Assembly (NCBI GenBank): GCA_963819655.1
Contig: CAWFXA010000002.1
Location: 352,001-416,000 of the forward strand
Origin: an uncultured Chloroflexia bacterium
Lineage (GTDB): Bacteria; Chloroflexota; Limnocylindria; Limnocylindrales; CSP1-4
Length of the DNA: 64,000 bases
Direction of reading: 5' to 3'
The translations under genes were made by a program, and so were the position numbers. Below, one piece after another: positions 20,930 through 30,171 of the stretch. Within the stretch, counting starts at the first letter, position 1; each line of letters opens with the position of its first letter. The notes under the pieces were generated by a model. The model did not search any database. It was not told the origin of the DNA and was given only the letters and a program-made list of their open reading frames with translations.

Positions 20930-21030
20930 CTCCGAGCGCGGGTGGAATTGAGCAGTTTTCGAGAAGCGGCCGCCAGGTTCGGTTCCTACCATCGGACTCG
21001 TCGATCAGCTTCACGAGAAGGAGAAACCAC

Positions 21031-21444
21031 ATGAACTCGCACGTCAGCGCGATCCTGCTTGGCGTCAACGACATGGAGCGATCCAAGCGCTTCTACGTGG
21101 ACGGGCTGGGCTGGAAGGTCCAGGACGACTACAAGATCTCGGTGTTCTTCGTGCCCCACGGCGGCTCGCTCGTCGGCTTCTACGGCCGCGAGGGCCTGGC
21201 CGACATGGTCGGGGCCAGCCGCGAGGGGAGCGGTTTCAGTGGCGTCGTCCTGAATTACGTCGTGCGCAGCGAGGCACGTGTCGACGCGGTCATGGAGGAG
21301 GCCGAGAAGGCCGGCGCACAGATCCTCAAGCCCGCGGCAACGCTGCAGTGGGGTGGCTACGGCGGAACCTTCGCGGACCCGGACGGCTACGTCTGGAGCA
21401 TCGGCTACAGCGCGCAGGGAAAGGATCAGGCCTACGCCGAGTAG
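21031..21444 (+). CDS. VOC/glyoxalase family protein
   Basis: LGVNDMERSKRFY...WGGYGGTFADPDGYVW; GAAGGAG RBS. Confidence 0.92.
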   Translation: MNSHVSAILLGVNDMERSKRFYVDGLGWKVQDDYKISVFFVPHGGSLVGFYGREGLADMVGASREGSGFSGVVLNYVVRSEARVDAVMEEAEKAGAQILKPAATLQWGGYGGTFADPDGYVWSIGYSAQGKDQAYAE

Positions 21445-21653
21445 CGAGCAATGGGGGTCGTGACGCGGTCGGCTCGAGCGTTGTCACTCGACCGCGTGCG
21501 CCACGGTGGCGATCACGTCGGGCCCGAGCGCGGCCAGGCCGATCAGTCGACGATCACCACGACCCCGAACGCCACTGCTGCCGTGGGATGGCCGTCCCCG
21601 GCGAGCGCCTGCGGACGCCGCGCTAACGAGCGCGGACCGCACGACCGGGTCGC

Positions 21654-22820
21654 TTAGTCAGCCGGTCGGGACGGTGCCCAGGCGTAGATGTCATATGCCG
21701 CCGGCTTGTGGGTGACCTGCCAGACGAACGTGCCCTCGAGGTCGATGATCCAGAGGTCGTTCGAGTGGCGCTCGCCGCGTCGGACGAGCAGATGCGAGCC
21801 GTCGGGCGACCAGGCTGGCATCGTGATGTCTTCTGACAGATCCTTCGGCGTGACCGATGTTGCGCCTGTTCCGTCCGGCTTGATCAGCGAGATGAGCGCA
21901 GCGTCGTCGCCCGAGGTCGAGTAACCGATCCACTCCCCGTTCGGCGACCAGGAGGCACCCCACCTGTCACCGAAATCGGTGACTTGAACAGGCTCGCCAT
22001 CGACGCCATCGACGATGAACAGCGCGTTGCCGTCCGCGCCGTGTCCGACGCGCCATGCGGTGAACGCGAACCGACGACCGTCGCCCGAGAGTCCGGTTCC
22101 GGTGATCTCCGTCTTCGTGCCTTCCGGGTTGAGCTGGCGCATGTCGGTCCCGTCGGCCGCTATCACGTAGACGTTGCCGGCGTGGCGAAAGTCGTTGTCC
22201 GTGTTCGCTCCGAGGTCACCGTGGAAGTAGATGTGCGACCCGTTCGCGGACATGCCGATCGGATCGATACCCAGCACGCCGTCGGGCACCGGCGTCACGT
22301 GGTGGAGGCCGGTCAGGTCCGTGTTCGCCGTCCAAACCCCCGCACGCGTCGCGTCTGTGTCGTCCCACCCGAAGAACGCCACGTGGCGGCCATCGGCGCT
22401 GCCGAAGCCGGGTGCAAGGCTGAGCGTCGGGATGTCCGGCACGTGGACGACGCGATTGCCGCCGTCCGGATCCTGCGTCGTGAACGCAAGGGCCGTGTCG
22501 GTCTCGGTGACCGTCCAGATCTGTGAGCCGTCGGTTGACCATCGGATGCACGCGCAGCCCTTGGTCTCGAAGAGCGCGTGCTCGTTCCGGCCATTCGAAT
22601 CGACGCTGAAATACCGCTCGACCTCGTCCGGGTCGACGCGCATGTAGGCGATCCGGCCGGGCGGGACCTTCGAGGCGTCGACCGATGGCGCGGCAGACGG
22701 CGAGCTCGCGGCGCTTGGCGAGCTCGCGGCGCTTGGCGAGGCGTTGCCGCTGGCTGGACTGCCGAGGCTGGCATTGCAACCAGCGAGGGCGAGCGCAAGG
22801 GCGACGATGACGGCTTTCAT
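21654..22820 (-). CDS. TolB-like/PD40 beta-propeller lipoprotein
   Basis: MKAVIVALALALAGC; repeated WSPNG/WSPDG/WSTDG blades; AGGAGG RBS. Confidence 0.85.
   Translation of the reverse strand: MKAVIVALALALAGCNASLGSPASGNASPSAASSPSAASSPSAAPSVDASKVPPGRIAYMRVDPDEVERYFSVDSNGRNEHALFETKGCACIRWSTDGSQIWTVTETDTALAFTTQDPDGGNRVVHVPDIPTLSLAPGFGSADGRHVAFFGWDDTDATRAGVWTANTDLTGLHHVTPVPDGVLGIDPIGMSANGSHIYFHGDLGANTDNDFRHAGNVYVIAADGTDMRQLNPEGTKTEITGTGLSGDGRRFAFTAWRVGHGADGNALFIVDGVDGEPVQVTDFGDRWGASWSPNGEWIGYSTSGDDAALISLIKPDGTGATSVTPKDLSEDITMPAWSPDGSHLLVRRGERHSNDLWIIDLEGTFVWQVTHKPAAYDIYAWAPSRPAD
22699..22740. repeat. 18-bp tandem repeat encoding an SPSAAS linker
   Basis: GGCGAGCTCGCGGCGCTT twice plus a partial copy, within the lipoprotein linker. 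Confidence 0.75.
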
Positions 22821-22949
22821 GGCGTGGTGCCTCCTGCTTTCGCACACCAAGGCGAGCGGCGGAGGGTGGTTCGTTCCATCTGCCTGGCCGGGGTTCGCGT
22901 CTGCGGCTAACGAGGCGTGCCGTGACGGTCGGGGCATAAGCTGTCGTCG

Positions 22950-23849
22950 ATGGCGTCACCTCAGACCGGCATCTTCGCGCTTGGGACCGCGTCGCACGCC
23001 TACCTCGAGTTCGACCTCATCGACCCAGCTTCGGCCCCGACGGCTTTCGCGCGTGTCGCCGCCCTGCGCGAACCGCGCACCACGATCGGTGGCGTGAACC
23101 TGGTCGCCGGATTTCGACCGGAGTCGTGGGCGTCGGTGGCGCCGGACGCTGCCCCGCCAGGCGTCACAGGTTTCAACACTCCGCTGATCGGTCCGAGCGG
23201 CTACGTGCTGCCAGCGACGCAGCATGACGTCGTGATCTGGCTGACCGGTGCCACCTACGACGTGGTGTTCGATCTGTCACACGGCATCGTCGCGGCCCTG
23301 GCGGAGCAGGCCAGACTCGTGCGGGAGATGGTGGGCTGGCCGTATCACCACGACCTCGACCTGACCGGGTTCATCGACGGCACCGAGAACCCCACGCTGG
23401 TCGAGGCGACGTCGGTGGCCCTCATCCCACGCGGTTCGCAGGGTGAGGACGGATCGATCCTGCTGCTCCAGCAGTGGGAGCACGACGCGACGATGTGGGA
23501 CAGCCTGCCTGTGCCCACGCAGGAGGCGATCATCGGCCGCCGGAAAGCCGATAGCGCCGAGTTCGACCCGCCGCCACCGACCTCGCACGTCGCACGCACG
23601 GACCAGGACGCGTTCGGGAAGATCTTCCGGCGAAACATCGCCTATGGGACTGTCGCCAGCCACGGCACGATCTTCGTCGGTTTCAGTGCCGAGCAGCGGA
23701 TCCTCAGCGCGATGCTCGATAGCATGATCGGTGCCGGAGACGGACCGGCGGATGCGCTCACGACGGTCACGCACGCCATCTCCGGTGCCTACTACGTCAT
23801 CCCGTCCGCCGATCGGCTGGCCGCGCTCGGCGCGGATGACCGGAGCTGA
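22950..23849 (+). CDS. DyP-type peroxidase
   Basis: GFIDGTEN (GxxDG), proximal SHV, IFRR. Confidence 0.93.
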   Translation: MASPQTGIFALGTASHAYLEFDLIDPASAPTAFARVAALREPRTTIGGVNLVAGFRPESWASVAPDAAPPGVTGFNTPLIGPSGYVLPATQHDVVIWLTGATYDVVFDLSHGIVAALAEQARLVREMVGWPYHHDLDLTGFIDGTENPTLVEATSVALIPRGSQGEDGSILLLQQWEHDATMWDSLPVPTQEAIIGRRKADSAEFDPPPPTSHVARTDQDAFGKIFRRNIAYGTVASHGTIFVGFSAEQRILSAMLDSMIGAGDGPADALTTVTHAISGAYYVIPSADRLAALGADDRS

Positions 23850-23967
23850 GGGCTGCGGCTAACCGGAGGCCGAGCACGCCGGGTGGCCGGCTGGGTTCGA
23901 CGGGGCGCGATCAGTAAGGTCGCAGACATCGACCACTGACGATCGTGGGCGGGCGAGGGAGGCGACG

Positions 23968-24681
23968 ATGACGACCGGGACGCTGAAGCCAGCCATCGTC
24001 GATGCAGATGGGACGTCGTTGTACCGAGTCGGGGGTCTCGCCGCGATCGCGTTCGGGATCGCGTACGTCGTCATCTTTCCGCTGTATGCGTCTGTCGGGG
24101 CTCCGCCGGATGGTGGTGAGGCGTGGCTGAGCTATGCCGATGGCAAGACCGCAGCGTGGTGGGCCATCGTCGGTCTGTCCGTCCTGACCGACTTCCTCCT
24201 CGTGCCGATCACGTTGGCGCTCTATCTCGCCCTGAAGGAGGTCGACAGGAACGGGGTCCTGCTCGCCATGGCCTTCGTGGCTGCGTTCGTCGTCCTGGAC
24301 CTGGCGGTCACCTGGCCGAATCTGGCGGTCCTCATCTCACTCACGGGCGACTTCGGCGCGGCAGCAAGTGACGCTCGACGTGCGGCGATCGTGGCGGCAG
24401 CCGAGTATCCCTCGGCGGTCCTGAGCTCCACGTTGGCGGGTGTCTATAGCATCGCTACGCTATCGGTGGGGATCCTGATGCTGAGCCACGTCATGCTCCG
24501 CAGCGCGTTCAGCAGGACGGCCGCCTTCGTGGGCGTGGCGACAGGCACGCTCGGGATCATCTCGGTGGCGGGGCCATTCGTTGTGAGTGCTCTGGGCTTG
24601 ATGGTCATCCTGGCCTCCGTTCTCACCACCGTGTGGGCATTCCTGGTCGGCCACCGGCTGTACCGGCTCGGAGCGCACTGA
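23968..24681 (+). CDS. DUF4386-like membrane protein
   Basis: About 6 TM segments with typical LALYLAL and GxxMLRSxF pattern. Confidence 0.7.
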   Translation: MTTGTLKPAIVDADGTSLYRVGGLAAIAFGIAYVVIFPLYASVGAPPDGGEAWLSYADGKTAAWWAIVGLSVLTDFLLVPITLALYLALKEVDRNGVLLAMAFVAAFVVLDLAVTWPNLAVLISLTGDFGAAASDARRAAIVAAAEYPSAVLSSTLAGVYSIATLSVGILMLSHVMLRSAFSRTAAFVGVATGTLGIISVAGPFVVSALGLMVILASVLTTVWAFLVGHRLYRLGAH

Positions 24682-24755
24682 CGTCGACGGTGGCAGGCTG
24701 AGGTGATGCGTCATCCCACGTCCGTCGCGGGGACCGGGACCTAGCCGCAGCCGGG

Positions 24756-25187
24756 CTACTGCTCGAGCAGCTTCTTCAGGCTCCCGAGTGCACCCTTCCA
24801 GGCCTGCTCCGACGTCGCGGCGGCATCCTCCGACGGCAGGTTCCGCTCCTTGATCGTCAGCTCGGTGCCGCCGCCGATCTCGACGAGCTGCCATGTGACG
24901 ACCTGGTAGTGCGCGGGATCGTCGGGCTTGCCGGACACGTCGCTCCAGTGCGTGTGCACGAGGCGCCGCGGCGGCTCGATCTCGAGGATCTCGCCCTTGT
25001 CGACGTAGGGCTTGCTCTGATACTCGCCAGAGTGGACGAGCTGGCTGCCCACCATCCAATCGGATTCGGTGTCCACGCCGAAGAACCATTTCTTGATCTG
25101 GGACGGGGTCGTGATCGCGCCCCACACGACATCGATCGGGGCGTCGATAACGGTCGAGCTCGTGATCTCCTTCACTGTCGTCTGCAT
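24756..25187 (-). CDS. SRPBCC (AHSA1-like) protein
   Basis: IDAPIDVVWGAIT...WFFG...LGSLKKLLE; GAGGAGG RBS. Confidence 0.88.
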   Translation of the reverse strand: MQTTVKEITSSTVIDAPIDVVWGAITTPSQIKKWFFGVDTESDWMVGSQLVHSGEYQSKPYVDKGEILEIEPPRRLVHTHWSDVSGKPDDPAHYQVVTWQLVEIGGGTELTIKERNLPSEDAAATSEQAWKGALGSLKKLLEQ

Positions 25188-25312
25188 GATGTCCTCCTCG
25201 TGCGACGAAGACATCGACGTTCTCACGCAGCGGCTGACGCGCGGCTCATGACGGTCGCCTGACGCAGTTGCAGCTTGGTGGCATCCGAAGGCCGCCGCCA
25301 GGGGGTCACGCG

Positions 25313-26470
25313 TCAACCGATGACGTTGCGCTCGATCACCGGACGCCCGGCTGCGATGCGTTCGAAGCTGAAGATCGACAGGTCGAGCGTGATGTACCGG
25401 CCGTGGACGATCAGCTCGGCGAGTGCCCGGCCGACGGCCGGCGCCTGCTGGATGCCGTGCCCGCTGAAGCCGTTGGCGAAGAGCAGATTCTCGATCTCAG
25501 GGTGACGGCCGATGATCGCGTTATGGTCGAACGTGTTCACCTCGTAGTAGCCGGCCCACGCGTTCGTGAGCCGGATCGCATCGAACGCCGGGACGCGAGC
25601 CGCGAGTGCCGGCCACAACCGCGCCTCGAACTCAGCGCGGTCGACCTCGAGCGGCAGATCCGGCAGGTCCTCGTTCGGAGACGGGGCGATGCCCGCGATG
25701 AACGATCCGCCTTCGGGCCGAAACCAGGCGCCGCTGGTGTCGATGACCAGCGGGCTGGCGCCGGGCCGCGTCTCGGACCCGGCCTCGAACACGAACACCG
25801 AGCGCCGGCGGGCCTCGACCGGGAGAGCGACACCGGCCATGCCAGCCACCTCGCGCGCCCACGGCCCGGCCGCGTTCACCACGGTGCCGCAGGGGATCGT
25901 GGCGCCATCGGCGAGCGCGACCGACACGACCCTGCCGGCCGCCAGCTCCATGCCCACGACCTCCCCGGTCACGAGCTCGACGCCGAGGTCGCGAGCACGG
26001 GCCCGCAGCGCCTGGACGAGCGCGTAGCCATCGAACCAGCCTTCGCCCGAGAGACCGAGTGACGCCAGGGCGATGCCGCCGAGCGCCAGCCACGGGAAGC
26101 GTGCGTGGAGGTCCGTCGGGCTGAGGAGCACGATGTCCGCGCCCTCGCCGCGCTGGATGGCGACGTTCTCCTCGAGCGTGCGGGCTCCCGCCGCCGTGGC
26201 GAGATACAGGTACCCGGCCTCGTGCAGCGAAACGTCGACGTGGTCGCGCAGCCAGCCGAACGAGTACTGCGACATCCGGATGTTCTCGGGCGTCGAGAAC
26301 TGCTGGCGGATGGACGCGGCGGACAGGGCGGATGAGGCGCGGCGAAAGGTGGGATCGCGCTCGATCAGGGTCACCCGACCGTCGAAGGCCGGGTCCTCGA
26401 GGACCGCCGACGCGACCGCGCCCCCGATCGCGCCGCCCCCGATGACAACGAGATCGCCCGACGGCGTCAC
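25313..26470 (-). CDS. FAD-dependent oxidoreductase (DAO/sarcosine oxidase beta, FOXRED1-like)
   Basis: IGGGAIG, IRQQFS, WAGYYE, NGFSGHGIQQ. Confidence 0.92.
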   Translation of the reverse strand: MTPSGDLVVIGGGAIGGAVASAVLEDPAFDGRVTLIERDPTFRRASSALSAASIRQQFSTPENIRMSQYSFGWLRDHVDVSLHEAGYLYLATAAGARTLEENVAIQRGEGADIVLLSPTDLHARFPWLALGGIALASLGLSGEGWFDGYALVQALRARARDLGVELVTGEVVGMELAAGRVVSVALADGATIPCGTVVNAAGPWAREVAGMAGVALPVEARRRSVFVFEAGSETRPGASPLVIDTSGAWFRPEGGSFIAGIAPSPNEDLPDLPLEVDRAEFEARLWPALAARVPAFDAIRLTNAWAGYYEVNTFDHNAIIGRHPEIENLLFANGFSGHGIQQAPAVGRALAELIVHGRYITLDLSIFSFERIAAGRPVIERNVIG

Positions 26471-27231
26471 CGTCGATCGGTGTCGGGCGCCTCCAGCCGG
26501 GCGCGCAGCAGGTCATTGCCGGCCGGATCGGCGAGACGGCACGACCAGATGGTCCCGTCGCGCCAGACATCGGCGACGACCGTGGCACCGCTGTCGACGG
26601 CGCGGGCGTACTCCAGCCGGATCGTCCGGGGGATCGCCCGGACGGCGTCCGTGCCACCACAGCGAATGACCTGCTCGTCGAGCCAGTCGGCGTAGACCGC
26701 GTTGTTGACATGGTCCATCGGGTCGAGCTCGTGGGGTCGGGCCTCGAAGCTGGCCCTATCTGCGGTCCGCGGCGGCTCGCCGAGGACGACGCGCCCGAGC
26801 TGGATGGTCGTCTCCGGTGCCCAGAAGATCCCGTCGAACTCCTTCGGCACGCGGGTCGGTGCTCCCCGGGCGTCGAGAAGGACCCAGTCGACGTGCAGCC
26901 ACGCGACGATGCCACCCGTACCGTCAACGATGTCGGTCCGGCGGCGTGCCCACACGCGCCGCCAGCCGACGACCTGGGTCGTGCCGACGAACTCGTCGCC
27001 GACGCGCATCGGGCCGAGCACCGTCACCTCGGCGGCCCGCGCCAGCCAGGTCAGGCCGCGCTGCGCGTACCAGGCGCGGGTGAAACCCCGCGCGGACGAG
27101 TGGTACCACGCGAGGTCCTGGGCATAGCGCAGCAGGACGGATGTCCGGACGAGCCCGTCCGGCGCGGCCTCGTCGAACCGGATTCGGTAGGGCGCCGAGC
27201 ACGTATCCGGGCGGCGCTCCGCGTCGATCAC
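26467..27231 (-). CDS. acyl-ACP thioesterase (double hotdog)
   Basis: YRIRFDE, LRYAQD, ELDPMDHVNNAVY. Confidence 0.88.
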   Translation of the reverse strand: MIDAERRPDTCSAPYRIRFDEAAPDGLVRTSVLLRYAQDLAWYHSSARGFTRAWYAQRGLTWLARAAEVTVLGPMRVGDEFVGTTQVVGWRRVWARRRTDIVDGTGGIVAWLHVDWVLLDARGAPTRVPKEFDGIFWAPETTIQLGRVVLGEPPRTADRASFEARPHELDPMDHVNNAVYADWLDEQVIRCGGTDAVRAIPRTIRLEYARAVDSGATVVADVWRDGTIWSCRLADPAGNDLLRARLEAPDTDRR

Positions 27232-27900
27232 AGGGCCGTCGCCAGCTCGTCGATCGTCTCGAGCGCGAGGATCGTCGTGCCGGCGCTCGGGGCGGTCGAG
27301 CGCGCGAGACGGACCGCACACGATCGCTCGGCATCGAACACGACGAGGGCGACACGGAGCGCGGTGTCCTCATCGAGGGCATGCGTCCGGGCGTCGTCGA
27401 GCTGGTGGAGGACATCCGCTCCGATGCCCCGGGCGCCCCACTTGCAGTCGTACGCCTCGGCGTCACCGTCGCGCTCGACCGTCACGTCGTACGGGTGGAT
27501 CTCCGCGCGGACCCCGTCGAACAGGATGCGCCGCTCGCGCCGGACCGCGGCCGGCCCGACCCGCCTGGCGAGGAGGCGCGCCGTCAGCTCCTCGACGATC
27601 GCGCCGCGGAACTGGCTTCGGGCGGCCTCGCCTCGGTCGGCGACCTCGAGGGACGACGGCGAGCACCGCCTCGGATCGGGCGCGCGCGGCCGCGTCGGTG
27701 GCAGGTCCGAACAGCGCGGGGAACATCGCCATCCAGTGGGTCGGATCGGTCGATCCGCCGTTCATCACGGCCCGGGCGAGGATGCGCTCGGCGTGACCGG
27801 CATCGGCGAGGGTGTCGGCGGCGCGCGCGACGAGTGGGTCGGCCTGGATGCCTGCGTACACCACCGCGCGTCCGTCGCGTGCCGCGTCCTGGAACCTCAC
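27228..27900 (-). CDS. hypothetical protein with PD-(D/E)XK-like C-terminal domain (frameshift near 27651)
   Basis: Rejoined reading gives RGAIVEEL...HPYDVTV...AYDCKW; GTGA overlaps at both ends. Confidence 0.65.
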
Positions 27901-28208
27901 GGTCGCTCGCCCAGTGCGAGCAGGGTCACCTGGGGGAACGTCGACAGCCAGTCGATCGCGCGGTGCGGATCGTCGATGCCGCCGATCTCGTCGATGGCGC
28001 GCTCGATGGCGTCGTCGATGGACGGGTCGACCGTCTCAGAGCCGCGCGCGGCGGCGACAGCATCGAGCCGTTCCCGCCACGCCTCGGACAGGTCCTGGAT
28101 GTAGGACCACTCGTCGTCGATCTCCTCGCCGAGCTCCGCCAGGGCTGCGTACGCAGCCAGTGCCCGCTCGATGACAGCCTCGACGGTGGTGTCGATCCGC
28201 TGGGTCAC
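27897..28208 (-). CDS. small acidic helical hypothetical protein
   Basis: GTG start 6 nt after TACGCT; overlaps next gene by 4 nt. Confidence 0.72.
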   Translation of the reverse strand: MTQRIDTTVEAVIERALAAYAALAELGEEIDDEWSYIQDLSEAWRERLDAVAAARGSETVDPSIDDAIERAIDEIGGIDDPHRAIDWLSTFPQVTLLALGERP

Positions 28209-28287
28209 GCCCGAAGCGTACGCCGCGACGGCGTCGCCGGTCAGGTTTGCCGCGGGGCAGGATGCCCGCGTTCGGCGAGAGCGGTGC

Positions 28288-28563
28288 TCAGCGCTCCGGC
28301 GCGGCGATCGCCGAGGCCGGCGCTCCGCGGCGCCCCGTCCGGGTGCGCTGCCGGTCGCCTGGAGTCTCGCGCTCAGAGCGCCGCAGCAGCGCCTCGAGCC
28401 GGCGTCGCGCCCGCTCGTCCCAGGCGCGTGAATACGCCTCGGTCGCATCGGCCCGTAGGCGGGCCGCCTGCGCTCGCTCGCCATCCGACTCCAGCGACGC
28501 GACCCGATCCAGGATCGCGCGGTACAGAGCGGGGAGATCCTCGGCGGGAGAGTTCGGCTCCAT
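28288..28563 (-). CDS. small hypothetical protein
   Basis: MEPNSPAEDLPALYRAILDRV..., helical composition, co-oriented with operon. Confidence 0.6.
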   Translation of the reverse strand: MEPNSPAEDLPALYRAILDRVASLESDGERAQAARLRADATEAYSRAWDERARRRLEALLRRSERETPGDRQRTRTGRRGAPASAIAAPER

Positions 28564-28643
28564 GGCGGATGACGATGGACTCCGATGGTCCCGGGCGGTA
28601 TAGCCCACCGGTCCCGCCCATCGCCCGCCGAACGGGTCAGCCC

Positions 28644-28940
28644 TCAGTCCCCGCGGTGACCACCACTGCGGACCTCGAAGCTCGTGAAGCTCCCGCTGGC
28701 CGGTCCCCATTGGGCGGCGACGCGGTCGACCAGCGCACCGGGCGGGCCGGTCTCGAGCGTGGCCAGCAGCGCCTCCAGCGCGGGGCGAGGCCCCTCCGCG
28801 ACACAGCGGACGGACCCGTCGGGGCCGTTGGCGACCCAGCCGGTCAGTTCAAGTCTCATGGCCCGCATCACGACGTCATAACGGAACCCGACGCCCTGCA
28901 CGCGGCCGTAGACCGTCGCGTCCAGGCGCTCCTGGTTCAT
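28644..28940 (-). CDS. acyP: acylphosphatase
   Basis: VYGRVQGVGFR, GWVAN, EG motifs. Confidence 0.93.
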   Translation of the reverse strand: MNQERLDATVYGRVQGVGFRYDVVMRAMRLELTGWVANGPDGSVRCVAEGPRPALEALLATLETGPPGALVDRVAAQWGPASGSFTSFEVRSGGHRGD

Positions 28941-30160
28941 GCCGCGCGTCGAGGGCGCGGCCACGCCAGCGCGAGGTCATCGAGCACGAGCTCGGGGGAG
29001 ACGTTGCCGGCCACGAGGACCGACGCGTTCCCGAGTCGGTCGAGGAACGCGCCGAGATCGTCGGGCTGTAGCCGCGCGGCCAGGGCGCGCGTGTCGTCGA
29101 GCGCCGCCACGTCGCGGACGGACCGATCGAGGCCGCGCTGGCACAGCGCCAGATCGCGCCCGACGTCGGTCCACAGCCCGATGAGCGCCTCGGCCGCGCG
29201 GCGGCGCTCCGCCGCCGGTGTCCGGGCCGGCCCGACCTGCTCGAGTCCGTCATCACCGTCGTCCGCCGGGTCGGGTGCCGGCTCGGGCGCACGCCGACGG
29301 GGGCCACGGGTCGGCTTCGGGCCGTCGGCCGGACCGGCGACGGCGTCGCGGGTCTGCCCCGCGCCCGAACCGGTGACGGCCAGGCCGGTGACGGCGGCGA
29401 TCCCGGCCGCCTGCGCGACGAGCGCCCGGACCGTCGCGAGGCGGTCGCCCGGTCGTGCATCGGCGAGGTCCAGCAACGCTCGACCGATCGCGTCGCGGTC
29501 ACGCAATGCGTCGGGCGTGCGGACCCACGCCAGAGCGAGCCCAGGTCGACCGCCCGAGATGCGCGCCGCCCGGGCGGCGACTGGGGGCTCGGCGGCGCCC
29601 TGTCCCGCGAGGATCGCCTCGATGTCCCGGACCCCGACCGGCCCGAGCCGGATCCGGGCGCACCGTGACAGGATCGTCGGCAGCAGGGGCTCCTCGGCAT
29701 CGGCACACAGGACGATCGTCGTCGTCGCCGGCGGCTCCTCGAGCGTCTTGAGCAGCGCAGCCTGCGCGTCCTCGTTCATGCGATGTGCCGCGTCGATGAT
29801 CGCCACCCGCGCACCACCCTCGACGGGGAGCAAAGCCAGCTCCCCGATGAGGTCGCGGATGCCGCGTGCCTTGCCCGGCCCGCCGATGACGACCTGGCGG
29901 CCCGGGCCCTCGGGGCCGATGCGGTGGATATCCGGGTGATTCCCGCCGAATGCCAGCCGGCAGGCCCGGCATGCGCCGCACGGGCGGGTCGCCGGATCGG
30001 CTGCCGTGCACAGCAGGCCGGCCGCCAGGTCGAGGGCCAGCGTCGTCTTGCCGATCCCGGACGGCCCGACGAGCAGGACGGCACCCGGCGCCCCGACGCG
30101 GATCATCGCCCCGATGGCGGCGAGCGCGGCGGGATGGCCCCTGGTGCGTGCCCCGTCCAT
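28937..30160 (-). CDS. holB: DNA polymerase III delta' subunit
   Basis: GPSGIGKT, CGACRAC, HPD, AALLKTLEEP, TILSRC. Confidence 0.9.
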   Translation of the reverse strand: MDGARTRGHPAALAAIGAMIRVGAPGAVLLVGPSGIGKTTLALDLAAGLLCTAADPATRPCGACRACRLAFGGNHPDIHRIGPEGPGRQVVIGGPGKARGIRDLIGELALLPVEGGARVAIIDAAHRMNEDAQAALLKTLEEPPATTTIVLCADAEEPLLPTILSRCARIRLGPVGVRDIEAILAGQGAAEPPVAARAARISGGRPGLALAWVRTPDALRDRDAIGRALLDLADARPGDRLATVRALVAQAAGIAAVTGLAVTGSGAGQTRDAVAGPADGPKPTRGPRRRAPEPAPDPADDGDDGLEQVGPARTPAAERRRAAEALIGLWTDVGRDLALCQRGLDRSVRDVAALDDTRALAARLQPDDLGAFLDRLGNASVLVAGNVSPELVLDDLALAWPRPRRAA

Positions 30161-30171
30161 CGGGGAGTGCG

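Noticed and set aside
22950-23849. Encapsulin-DyP system
   Set aside because: No encapsulin gene adjacent and no L-x-I-G-S-L-type targeting peptide at the DyP C-terminus
27141-29939. 932-aa plus-strand ORF and other long antisense ORFs (e.g. 56549-59203, 44097-46070)
   Set aside because: Shadow frames of real genes in high-GC DNA; Arg/Pro-rich with no recognisable motifs
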